Shown piece by piece: positions 49,747-61,636 of a DNA stretch of 64,000 nt (positions within the stretch are counted from its first letter, which is position 1; the number at the start of each line of letters is the position of its first letter). Source of the DNA: Alloascoidea hylecoeti. Its lineage: Eukaryota. The notes below the pieces were generated by a model. It saw nothing but the letters and a program-made list of their open reading frames with translations, searched no databases and had not been told where the DNA came from. The stretch lies in NCBI GenBank assembly GCA_001600815.1, contig BCKZ01000001.1, positions 1,273,389 to 1,337,388 of the forward strand, given 5' to 3'. Made by a program: the position numbers and the translations under genes.

Positions 49747-51929
49747 TTAAACTTGTCTTGCTTTGTTGATACTTTGAGCTTCCTCAAAAAATTTCTTGAA
49801 TTCATCGGCAACTATACCAGAAAACAGAAGAAAAAACATATTGTTAGAGCTTCAAAAGAAATTGAAATTCCATCTTAAAAAATACTTACGGTCTTTGTCC
49901 GCAAAACGGAACGCAATAGTTTGTGGACCAAGCTCACCATCACTTTCATCAGCATCGACAGTGTAAACCCAAGCTCTGTCTGTACCGATACTGGGCTTTA
50001 GCTCATACTCGGGAGATACTGAAGAATTGTTAGCTTGCTGATAAAGTCAATCGTCTAAAGAATTTAACTCACTGAAATGATTGGCACGGATATTGGAACG
50101 TTTATCCTTAAGAACCAATCTAATGCTACCGGATTCCTTGTGTTGGAAGAGCGTTACTTCACCCTTAGCTCTTTCTTTCCAAACTTTATCCTCCCAGTTA
50201 AATCTAAAAACTCGTCCTTTTCTTTTAAATCAAAGTTAGTAAATGTTGTAAGTATAATAACATAATAATTAATGCATAAATCATACGTTTGAAAGAACAG
50301 TTGCTCTGGGCTATCCTCTTGTCTCAATTCCTTATCAGTAACAAGAGGTGGGTGGTCAAGAGCTTTCGACAGCGATTCAGGATTCTTCCCCTTGTCCAAC
50401 TTCGGCTGAACATCAACAGCCCTCTCTTCTCGTGGACCTTCATGAGTATTAATATCGCGGGTTTGTGCCAATTCTGGCAGAATAGCTACTCTCTCCTTGT
50501 GAGGACTTTCATCGCGGGGGGTTTCCACTAATTTTGACTGTGTAAACACTACTCTCTCTTCTTGGGGACCTTCGTGAATATTAATATCGCTGATTGGTTC
50601 CACCAATTTTGGTTGAGTAGCTTCTCTCTCTTCTTGAGGATTTTCATCATAGGGGGGTTGCTCCGAATCTGGTTGAGTAGTAGATTTCCCTTCCTCAGAA
50701 CCTTCGTCGGTACTAACACCAACCATACGCGGTTCTTCTACCAAGCTTGGCTGCAGCTTAGTCTCTTCTTGATGATCATCATTAATATCAATATCACGAG
50801 ATTCTTCCTCCAAACTTGATCCATCATCAAAACTTGATCCTGTAGTTTCTCCGTCGCTTGACATTTCTTCTCCTGGGTGTCCGTCAAGATGGATTCCAGT
50901 TGATGGAGCGGCTTCATGGTCTTTCTCATTATCAGACATTATAATTACCCGATCAACCATAGCATCAGCTAAAGTAGTTTCCTTCTCGCGATCATCTAGA
51001 GTTACAGGTTCGACTACTTTTGTTATTTCAGCTTCTGGAACAACTTCCGTTTCATCCTTAGGAGCATCTTTTGGTTTTGATTTACCACCAAATATTGAAG
51101 AAAAAACACTATTCCTCAATGAGGGCTTCTTATGATGATTTTCGACTGGAGATTTAGGCTCCTTAGGAGTAGTATCAGCACCTTCCAATGGATGTGATAT
51201 AGACCGTTCTTCAAAGGGTGGATTCTCAGAAAGGAATTCCGAATGTTCAGGATTTTCATTTAAGGATGACGTAGGAGAAGGAAATCCGCGGCCATCTTTA
51301 GAAGGTGTATCTAATACTTCAACAGTGGACGTTATTACAGGCTCAGCTGGCTTAGTGCCGGCATTAGATTTAAGAACTAAACGCTCTTTTTCTCTCTCGG
51401 GCTTTTTGGCTAATGACACTTCAGTAATTCCTTCAATTGGCACAGATTCCCTCTCTTTCTCGGCGGGGACGGTTTTCCTTTGTGGATGGGTGGGAGTTGA
51501 AGGTTCCTCTTTATTGAGTCTAATAATTGATTCGGTATTTTCTTGATGTTCATCGTATTTTTCCTCCTCTTCCAAGGGTTCGATCATATTTTGTAATGCA
51601 TTTTTAACAAAGTTTCCCATACTACCGATGCCGATAGTTGCAGATGGCTTATCGTATTTAGGGGTTGCCCTTGCCCTGATAGGCTCCTCGCTGGATCTGG
51701 GTGTTTTTACTGGGGTTTCCTCTTTTATTGTAGGAGTTTTTGGACTCTCTTCGATAGGATGCACATATTCAGGAGTCAATGGTGGATCTTCTGTAGACAA
51801 AGTCCTTGCAAGTATGTGGTCATGAGAAGGCTCGCCCTTAGATGGCGAAGATTTGACGGTCTTATCCCTTTTAGCTTTTGAAACAGAGGATCTCTTACGA
51901 CTGCTTTTATTGATTTCCTTAGTTGACAT
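49747..51929 (-). CDS. YRB1: RanBP1/Yrb1-like protein with an approximately 540-aa acidic disordered N-terminal extension, about 661 aa; exons 51929-50287, 50221-50073, 50018-49890, 49811-49747
   Basis: Splicing yields EQLFFQTKGRVFRFNWEDKVWKERAKGEVTLFQHKESGSIRLVLKDKRSNIRANHFISPEYELKPSIGTDRAWVYTVDADESDGELGPQTIAFRFADKDLADEFKKFFEEAQSINK, a Ran-binding domain. Introns have GTATGA, GTGAGT and GTAAGT donors with CTAAC branch points. Divergent from NTH1, as YRB1 is in S. cerevisiae. Confidence 0.82.
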
Positions 51930-54900
51930 TGTATAATTCTCTTTCGATAAGAGGAGAAGAAGAAAGGATGGATAGATCTAGCCGAAGAGAAGTAACTAAC
52001 TCTTTAATTGATTGGTATTTACGTGAGCCAACTCTTTATTGGGTAATGAAAAAATAAGAAGCTGACTGACTATTGTCCGTCGTCGCAGCAACTATTAGAT
52101 TGCTATAAGAAGAAGTCCCATAATAATTATAACCTATATTTTTGGCTGGCAGGATATCTTTGATCAATCTTTCTACTCTTCCATTCACAGTCAAAAAATG
52201 GTATTTGTTGTTGATTAGGTTCTGTTGTTTCTAGGTTATGTTGTAATTAGGTTGGAAAAAGCTTAAATTGATAAATCTCTTCATGTGTTTCAATACTTAT
52301 TACAAGCTTAAGCGCTATATATGTTGGGAAGAATCATTACTATATCATTACTTTATTTTATATATAATCACTTATTTCTTTATTAGCTAAGTTAAGTAGT
52401 ACACAAAACTACTAACTATAAATTTCTTACCGACTTTCTGATTAAATAGAGTGACCTTACAAAAATACAAAATGAAACCATTTAGATATCTCATAAGAAA
52501 TACCATCAATTCGTGTCAGAATACAAAATATAGTCGTTATTTGTGGCTTTAGTAATCTATTTAGCTAATATTTCTCAAATGTAACGTTATCGTATAGGTT
52601 GAGAATATGATAAAAAGAGATTTCAAGAAAATAGATGTTAATTATTAGTCCTGTATCTGCAACTAATTGATAAGCCTATGTCCAGAGTCTTCAGAGTTCA
52701 GACAGATCAATTCTTCTTAAATTTATTGCAAGTAGTGTACTACTCCAGCCATTAATTAGAACTTCTTTCTAAATCATGCAGTGCATATGCATAGCTGTTT
52801 GTTTGTTTGTATGTAATTGAACCATAGTTTTTGGAGACCTTTGGAGGGTTGAGATTGAAACTAGTGTTTTGTGCCTCACGATCTTATAATTATATCTTTT
52901 ACCTTGTAACTATTGGCAGCAAATTGAAACAATAGTGCTCCACATAAATATATATCCATTGGAATTTTGGGGCATCAACGCACATTCATAGAATTTGAAT
53001 TTAATTAGATATAACCGATACAAAACTCCAAATTAACTATAGTGTATGAATAGCTAGTTATATATATGGATTACTGGTACTTAAATAAATGACTATATAA
53101 GCTTGACTATAGTATAGCACCATTATTACACTTGCTATGTGTAATTGCCATATATACTATATAATGCATTCAAACTAGCTAAAATTACACACTTTGATAT
53201 TCAAGGTTAAACATCTTTTACGGCTACGATTAATATTTACTCTTAGATTATAGACACAGAAACCTTGTTGATATTGATCAAATTAGGATGTATAAAAAGA
53301 CAGAAAGACAAATAAAAATGAAACATTACAGCGCTAGCGGTTTTTACTAGTTATATATATAAAAGGTAGATATATTAATTTGATTGCTTATATATTGAAT
53401 GGATATATTTAGATAGATGGCTATATTAAGTCTTATATATAAGCTATAGTTATATTTAAGACTTCTATACTAATTTTGGCCTTGGATCATTGCAATTGCA
53501 ATTGTGATATAGAAGCTTCGTCCCTTCATTCCACTTAACATCGGCCATAATTGAAGCTAAGTATTAGGCCATGTGAAGTAATACATTTAGCACAAAGTTG
53601 TTTTGTTCATATCGACGTATTAAATATCAACCACATGAAATAAATATCCTGCTGATTACAAATTATAGGGCTCTCCATTTGAATTCTCTAATTAAATATT
53701 TCTATACGTACCATCAGTCCGAAATCGTATTCATATGGTGAGACACAACCCAATATTCGTTGACGAAATAATTATGTACTGTATGGCGCCAATATATTCT
53801 TTGAATCTTTGGCAATAAAAATACCCAATGAGAGAAATATACTATTAGAAGTGAATTGAAGTATATATCAATATTAGATGTTGTACTTGTAATTGTGTTA
53901 TTTTTGAGTGACCTTTTGCATATCTCTAAAAAAGGTACGAGACCTAATTAAAAAATTAACTAGATTTTTACCTATAAGCCATAGCTAATCTGCTATAGTG
54001 CAATGTTTAAATTTACTTTTAGGACGAATAATTTCTTCTGTCATCTTTGCCGTTAATTTAACAATTGAAACGGATGATGAAAACACCTTATAATTGTATA
54101 AATAGGCCAGTAATATTAATGTAATAGAAGCTATCAAGATACCCCAGAGTCTGCTGAAAATTGCAACTGTACTTTGACTCTCGACCCCACAATTTGCAAT
54201 TTCCAAATCTAAAATTCTAATTCTAAACAATAAGATATGTATCAAATATAATAAATTTAGAGGCGCTTTAACCGGAAGGGATATTCCGTATTTTTAAAAT
54301 AATGCGGAGAACAGTTCGAAGAAGATGATATTACTGAAAATGTTCTATTTTAAAGCTGTTAATTAAAGTGATAATATCATAATTATAAATTCTTGATTCC
54401 TAATTAGGCATATACCATTGTAAACATTCCCAATCACATTCAGAAGCTGGTATTTTATGGTAATTATATTACAATAGCTGATTATAATAGTTATAACAAA
54501 TTGCTTACAATAATTATATATATTTACTAAAATACTATATATAAAATATATCCCACGTGTCAGATGCAAAACCAAAACCGAAACCGAAACTAGTATAAAT
54601 TCCAAGTATTTGAAGTTGATTATGATCAGGTTATGGCTATCTGCCAAGTATCTGGTCACACTAAGTTTGATCATATAGCGTAGAGTTAACTATGGTTATA
54701 CGTATCCGTAATAATAGAAGAAAGTCGCTTGGTGGCTTATCCGCCTCTAGCTCGCAATAGCAAGTTACAAGCTTAAGGTATGCAACATTTAGGAGCGTGG
54801 CAATGATACTACGGGTTCCGGTGGTATTAATATGGAACTGCATACATTTACAACCACAACATTTCTCAGTTGTGTTCCTTTCAGAATTTTTCATTTCAGT

Positions 54901-57649
54901 GTTAATTATGAAAGTATAGGAACGTATTTCAATTGTATATATAGGCGATAGCGTTACTAACTTACTATGCAGAACTATATATAAGCTTTAATTTAAAGAA
55001 AAAATGCAGACCTCAAAGAATTAAATAACTAAAATGGTAATAATTTATAAATACGACCATGAGACAGCTTAACCACCAGCTCAAAAGTACAACAAACGCA
55101 ACTGGTGATGTATCTGGTGAAAAATTAAAGGCATTTTAATATTAGAATTAGTTAATTATAACCAATGAAACGATATTTCCTCTTCCATCCCACAGTTTAG
55201 AGAGAGAGAATTCTATAAATAGCGTTTTCTCCACACCTTCAAACTTTCAATATTTTCAACATTTCAAGGTTTCCAGATTATAAGCTAAGATGTTACATAT
55301 AACAACTATTATTAGAAATATTTTTAGCCTTGGTCCGCTCTAACGGTAGGCATCTGTAGTTCTGTACTCATTTGTAGCAATTACAAATGCACTACTATAC
55401 ATGTTCGTGAATAAACTTATATTTTTCTATTATTTTGCTAGTGCTTCTTTACTTGAGCTCTCGGATCGGTTTTCTTCTATCGTATAATTATATAAGTAAG
55501 CGGGCAAAGCGAAGTATGAATTACTAATTGCTATGAATTTGAACTTTAGAGTTCATTAAGCTACATAATGTTAATTAATATTCAAAAATTCTTATAGACA
55601 CACGTAAAATCAGAAGTATGTATTGTATATTGTTATAATTAATTTGTTATATTGAGACCCCTGAATGTTTGACTTCTTTATAATTAATTCTAATCTTGGT
55701 TTAATTCCCATGAGTAGCCATTTACTGTTGAAGTTATTTACGGGCGGTACCGTGTTAACGATCTTGATCACTCTCTCAGAAACAACAACAAAAAAAGAAA
55801 CTATATTGATTTCAAATAGAAATCAAGATTGTGATTAATTTTAAAGAACATCCAAAGGTCTTAATATAACTGTGGTATAAGTCTAGATCTTACAATATAT
55901 ATGATTGGTGTGAATGTATATGCCTATAAGAAAGTTTGAATTTGAATGGTGTAGTCAAACGGTAACGGTAACTGGGTCTTATAGATAACAAGACGGCCGA
56001 TATCAATGCTCTACTAATTGAGTTATAACTAGAACCACAGGAGGTTAATAAACAAGCTTAAGACACGATTTCTGTTGATAAGGAATAAGTCAGAACCATA
56101 CATATCACAGCATACCGCTATAACTACCGGTAGCAATATAATATTATGTTATATCCTATCTGCACTGATATCGGATATCGTTTTATCAATTGAAACATTA
56201 TAACCTAGGAGAATTTAAGGTTCCACACACCTCTTCGTAGCAAAAATTATTTGCAATTGTTGTATACTCGAGCTCATTATTATATACAAAATAAAACTGT
56301 TAAACAGTCAGGCATCTACAGATATCGATGGCTGCATTCGTTTAATTGAATTTATATCCAACTTTATAATTAAATTTGTCGTTGTATAAAAATTCAAAAT
56401 TTAAGCATAAAAGGACTTTAAAAAATTTTAAGTTAAATTTGAATAACAGTGCAGAAACTGCCAGAAACATATAGGCACTCGGATATCTGTCAAAATTAGA
56501 CTATCTATCTTACCGATTCTTAATTTCTTACAGATATTAGCGGATTTAATAGAATATGTATTAAGAATATATATAGCTTGTAGAAAATTTTTTAAATATA
56601 ATATGTTAGTTAAATATGGAGAGATCTATAGCCTTATAATTAATTAATTAGAAATCGACCCTTTTTGATATATCATTTCCGTTATAGTTTTAGACATGCT
56701 TAAATTTAATTGTGGTCAGGGAAAAGGTCAGGCCTAGAAAAATTTGAAGCCTGATGAATTCGTTTCAATTCTTTGTGCCGTGAAACTGTTAAATTCGAAG
56801 ACGGAGTCACAATCAGATTCTATACCTCGCAGGCCTAGATATTGGAAAGAACGTACAATTATTTAATTTTCAGTCACAAGTTATTAACTGGGATCAAACA
56901 CGAACGGTGAACGGCGAACACCAATGAGAACGAAAATAAGATTTTTAATTTGGAAAATAACGAGCAACCATTGTAATTATAATCATATGAGTAAATCGAT
57001 GAGGTTTACTTCTCAATTATAGCTTATTAATAGAATATTTGGGATGGCAACACTAATATTAATATCGGATACCTGAACTGTCCTGCTCCCTGGAAGACAG
57101 GAAGTTGCTTTAAAGAAGAACCAAAACACCCCTTGCACCCTGACAATAATGACTATCTCATTAATAATGAGTCTATATAAAACCGACAGTGCCTACTCCT
57201 TTTTTTGCTTCGTAGAAAGTAACGAACAGGTTTTTTTTTGGCAATTTCGACCTGCGTACATGCATCGGACAAACTCAATCATCTGCAACTTCAACCTTAA
57301 AAATCGTTCATTATTATAATAAGAAATGCAGAAAAATTAGTCTTTTCGCCCCACAGTCTCGTTCCAGTTTTTTTCTTTCTGATTGGTAACTTTAGAAACC
57401 GCCAAAGTGTTTTTCTTCTCATTCTTTTCTACCTTCATTCTTATAAAAACCCTTCTTATTTCTTTATTTTCTCTTTTCCTGTTCTTTGACTTATTTTCTC
57501 TGTGTTGGTTTTATATAATCAACTAGCTTTGTTATCATTTTTTACAAAATAACAACTCATAACAAAACCTAGTATAGGTTCCTAGGCCTATATAATTATA
57601 ACTATTCTATTCTTTTATAATTTGAATTCTCATTTCTTCTTTCCTTAAT

Positions 57650-59839
57650 ATGCCACGAGGAGATATACTGATGGAAGAAACACTTGATCCTTACTCTACA
57701 GCCGAGGTATATTACGGACGGGGCGCTCTTACTGAAAATAGCAGCTCAAAATCTAGCTCTAATATCTCAAGAGTTAAAACCGCATCGGCTTTAGCCTCCT
57801 ATAATACTTTTATATCTTCACCATTATCAAAAGGTTCTTTAAAAAGAAGAGGTTCCCAAGATTTACTTAGTGCTGAAAACAACAGAAAATTCATCATCCC
57901 GGATGTCGATGCTACTTTACAAAGATTATTAGAAGTTGAAGATACAGATCATAATAATCAAATCACAATTGAAGACTCAGGGCCAAAAGTATTAACTTTA
58001 GGAACTGTTAATTCAAATGGTTATAATAAAGCTGAAATTAGAGGCACTTATATGCTTTCTAATCTTTTACAAGAATTAACTCTTGCTCAAAGATTTGGCC
58101 GTAAAGCCGTTGTTTTGGATGAGAGCCGCCTTAACGAAAACCCAGTAAAACGTTTAAATCGTTTAATAACTCATACGTTTTGGAAAAGTTTAACAAGAAC
58201 GATGGAAGCAGAAAATATTCATATTTTTGCTGCTGACTCAAAAGCTAGATATGGCGAAAATCACCCCCGTATTTATGTCCCTTATAATGAACCCGATCAA
58301 TTCAAGTATTTTTCTGATGCAGCAGCTGCTCACCCTGAACATCAACTGGAGGTTATTTATTTACCTAAAGATATCACACCTGAGTGGGTAAAATCTGTCA
58401 ATGAGAAACCCGGTTTATTGGCTTTGGCTATGGATAAAGTTGAAGATCCTGAAACAGGAGAAGTTACTATGAAACCAATTCCATACGTTGTCCCTGGTGG
58501 TCGTTTTAATGAACTATATGGTTGGGATTCTTATATGATTGCTCTTGGTCTATTAGTTGATGATCAAGTAGACTTAGCCAAAGGTATGGTTGAGCATTTT
58601 ATTTTTCAAATTAACCACTATGGTAAAATTTTAAATGCAAATAGATCCTATTACTTAACACGTTCACAACCACCATTTTTAACTGATATGACACTAAGAG
58701 TATATGAAAAAATCAAATTTGATAGAAAACCAGCATTAGAGTTTATGAAAAGAGCTTTCAGGGCAGCTATTAAAGAATATGAATCTGTTTGGTGTGCTGA
58801 ACCAAGATTAGATCCTAAATCTGGATTGTCAAGATACAGACCAGATACTTTAGGAATACCACCAGAGACAGAACCAAGTCATTTCACCCTTGTTTTAACA
58901 CCCTATGCAGAGAAACATAATCTACCATTAGAGGAATTTCAAAAGAAGTACAATGATGGTACCATTAAAGAACCCGAATTAGATGAATATTTCCTTCATG
59001 ATATTGCAATCAGAGAATCTGGACATGATACTACTTATAGATTTGAGAAAAAATGTGCAAGATTGGCTACTGTTGATTTGAACTCATTGTTATTCAAGTA
59101 TGAAGTTGATATTGCTCATACCATTCGAACATACTTTAATGATGCTTTGGAGATGGAAGATGGAACAGTTCAAAAATCTGCTATTTGGGTAAGAAAAGCC
59201 AAGCTTAGAAGAGATAGAATGAATAAATATATGTGGAATGAAAGGAAAGGCATGTTTTTTGATTATGATACAGAAAGATGTGAACAGTGTACTTATGAAT
59301 CTGTAACAACGTTTTGGACCATGTGGGCTGGTCTTGCTTCCCCAAGACAAGGAGTTAAATTAGTTGAGGTTGCCTTACCCAAATTTGAAATGTTTGGTGG
59401 GTTAGTTAGTGGGACAAAAGAATCAAGAGGTGAAATTGGCATGCATAGGCCTAATAGACAATGGGATTTCCCATATGGCTGGGCACCTCATCAAATCTTA
59501 GCTTGGAATGGGTTAATAAAATATGGTTATGGTGATGATGCTGAAAGATTATGCTACAGATGGTTATATCTTATTACCAAGGCATTTGTTGATTATAATG
59601 GTATTGTGGTAGAGAAATATGATGTTACAAGAACTGTAGACCCTCACAAAGTTGATGCAGAATATGGTAATCAAGGAGCAGATTTCAAAGGGGTTGCAAC
59701 AGAAGGCTTTGGATGGGTTAATGCTAGTTTTGTTCTTGGACTAACATTGCTGAATAGTCATGCAAAGAGAGCTTTGGGGACATGTACTCCACCTGATCTT
59801 TTCTTCAGTTCTGCTGATACATTTTTCGATTTCTTATAA
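57650..59839 (+). CDS. NTH1: Neutral trehalase (GH37), 729 aa
   Basis: PKA-type site RRGS, Ca-binding [72 protein letters not shown]. Confidence 0.97.
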   Translation: MPRGDILMEETLDPYSTAEVYYGRGALTENSSSKSSSNISRVKTASALASYNTFISSPLSKGSLKRRGSQDLLSAENNRKFIIPDVDATLQRLLEVEDTDHNNQITIEDSGPKVLTLGTVNSNGYNKAEIRGTYMLSNLLQELTLAQRFGRKAVVLDESRLNENPVKRLNRLITHTFWKSLTRTMEAENIHIFAADSKARYGENHPRIYVPYNEPDQFKYFSDAAAAHPEHQLEVIYLPKDITPEWVKSVNEKPGLLALAMDKVEDPETGEVTMKPIPYVVPGGRFNELYGWDSYMIALGLLVDDQVDLAKGMVEHFIFQINHYGKILNANRSYYLTRSQPPFLTDMTLRVYEKIKFDRKPALEFMKRAFRAAIKEYESVWCAEPRLDPKSGLSRYRPDTLGIPPETEPSHFTLVLTPYAEKHNLPLEEFQKKYNDGTIKEPELDEYFLHDIAIRESGHDTTYRFEKKCARLATVDLNSLLFKYEVDIAHTIRTYFNDALEMEDGTVQKSAIWVRKAKLRRDRMNKYMWNERKGMFFDYDTERCEQCTYESVTTFWTMWAGLASPRQGVKLVEVALPKFEMFGGLVSGTKESRGEIGMHRPNRQWDFPYGWAPHQILAWNGLIKYGYGDDAERLCYRWLYLITKAFVDYNGIVVEKYDVTRTVDPHKVDAEYGNQGADFKGVATEGFGWVNASFVLGLTLLNSHAKRALGTCTPPDLFFSSADTFFDFL

Positions 59840-60400
59840 AATAATTATAGGAGCATGGTTATTAAATTTGTTATCTGATTTTTTAGTTTTTGTTATGTTG
59901 CTTAATAGAATATGATAGCTATAGATTTATTTTATAATGTTCATATATATATGATGTTTAATTGCATAATATGTTTTAGTGTGGGTTGTCTACCTAATAG
60001 ATATTAGATCCATTGTCTGCCGCTCAACAAGGACATCACCATCATTTAATATTAATTAAGATCATGGAAGCTAACCCACCCCAACTCATAAGATCTTATT
60101 TCACTGAGAATAATTTGTTTTGGAATTTTAGAAAGGTTTGTTGGGCTATCATCCCATTCGACTTTTAATAAGATTACAGGATCCGTATGATTATATCTTA
60201 AGCGTTAAAACTTTTCAACAGCATTAAATTTTTACAAGGGTTCACAGCAAAAATCGAATGATGAACGATATTGATTAAAACCCATAAACCAAATCATCAT
60301 TGTAAAGTGTTATGTGCCAATTTTTCATATTTATGTAGGTATCTCACAATTGGTTATTTGTTAAGATCACCCCTTGTATGCACCCTCGGACACGCGATTT

Positions 60401-60408
60401 TCACGTGA
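60401..60408. promoter_or_regulatory. Palindromic E-box TCACGTGA (Cbf1/Tye7-type) upstream of MDH
   Basis: Exact 8-mer 200 bp before the ATG. It lies in a GC-rich patch with several CCG/CGG half-sites (CSRE-like CGGGGTAAGGGA at 60442-60453) and a TATAAA at about 60535. Confidence 0.45.
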
Positions 60409-60607
60409 GGATCGCCAGATGCACGAGTACATGGGCATGGCCGGGGTAAGGGAATCAACCCGAATATAAATGAGATTGGTATCAGCCTAAATGTGCCCCG
60501 CAACCGGAGTGCCGGATTGAGTTAAGGATCAAAATATAAAAAGCCTGTTCCCTCTTCATCTTTCTCCTATTCTTCCACTTCTACATATATATTAATATTC
60601 AATCACA

Positions 60608-61636
60608 ATGGTTAACGTCGTCGTTGCTGGTGCTGCTGGTGGTATTGGTCAGCCTTTATCTCTCCTATTCAAGAAATCTCCTTTCGTCACAAAACTTTCT
60701 CTGTACGATGTGGTTAATGCCCATGGCGTTGCTGCTGACTTGGGCCATATCTCAACGGGCGCAAAGGTCAAGGGATATCTCCCATCAGATGAAGATGGAC
60801 TTAAGAATGCATTCACTGGTGCTGAATTAGTTATCATCCCAGCCGGTATCCCAAGAAAACCTGGTATGACAAGGGATGATTTATTCAAAATTAATGCTGG
60901 AATTGTCAGAGATTTAGTCAAAGCTGTTGCCGAATTTTCTCCAGAAGCATTTGTGTTAATTATCTCAAATCCCGTCAATTCCACCGTCCCAATTGCAGCT
61001 GAAGTTTTAAAGAGTTATGGTGTCTTTAACCCACAAAAGTTATTTGGTGTTACTACTTTGGATGTTGTTAGATCTGAAACCTTCTTGGCTCAAATTATTA
61101 ATCCAGAAAAACCAGATCCAGCTTCTGTTAACATTAGAGTCATTGGCGGTCATTCAGGAGAGACCATCGTTCCTTTATTCTCCCTTTCGAACAAAGAGGT
61201 CTATGATGACTTGGAAGCAAAAGAAGAGCTCAAGGATTTAATTACACATGTCCAATTTGGTGGTGATGAAGTTGTTAAAGCTAAAAATGGCGGTGGTTCC
61301 GCTACTTTATCAATGGCCTACGCTGGTTACAGATTTGCCGAATCCATTATGAAAGCTGCATCTGGAGAAGCTGGCATCGTCGAGAGCACTTATGTTTATT
61401 TACCTGCTAATAAAGGAGGCGAAGCTGTCTCAAAGAAATTTGGCTTAGATTTCATGTCTTTACCAGTTACGTTAGGTAAGAATGGTGTTGAATCTATTGA
61501 TAGTGAGATTTTGGATAAGGTTACTCCTTTGGAAACTTCTTTAATCGAGACAGCTGTTAGTCAATTAAGGGGAAATATCACAAAAGGATCTAATTTCATT
61601 TTAGAGGCTGCTGTAGCTGAAAAGAAATCAGCTTAA
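60608..61636 (+). CDS. MDH2: NAD-dependent malate dehydrogenase, probably cytosolic
   Basis: GAAGGIGQPLSL, IPAGIPRKPGMTRDDLF, ISNPVNSTVP, GGHSGETI, GSATLSMA. No mitochondrial presequence and no PTS1 (ends KKSA). Convergent with RPL25, as MDH2 is in S. cerevisiae. Confidence 0.8.
   Translation: MVNVVVAGAAGGIGQPLSLLFKKSPFVTKLSLYDVVNAHGVAADLGHISTGAKVKGYLPSDEDGLKNAFTGAELVIIPAGIPRKPGMTRDDLFKINAGIVRDLVKAVAEFSPEAFVLIISNPVNSTVPIAAEVLKSYGVFNPQKLFGVTTLDVVRSETFLAQIINPEKPDPASVNIRVIGGHSGETIVPLFSLSNKEVYDDLEAKEELKDLITHVQFGGDEVVKAKNGGGSATLSMAYAGYRFAESIMKAASGEAGIVESTYVYLPANKGGEAVSKKFGLDFMSLPVTLGKNGVESIDSEILDKVTPLETSLIETAVSQLRGNITKGSNFILEAAVAEKKSA

Noticed and set aside
53985..54894. Short minus-strand ORFs in the YRB1-NTH1 gap
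   Set aside because: No homology motifs and AT-driven composition; consistent with chance ORFs.
56751..56786. CTGATGA...GAAA hammerhead-like core
   Set aside because: The required helices do not pair.
61556..61636. Cryptic intron or stop read-through giving a peroxisomal MDH isoform
   Set aside because: The GTTAGT..CTAAT..TAG candidate would delete the conserved C-terminal helix and end in RLL, and read-through of TAA gives no PTS1.
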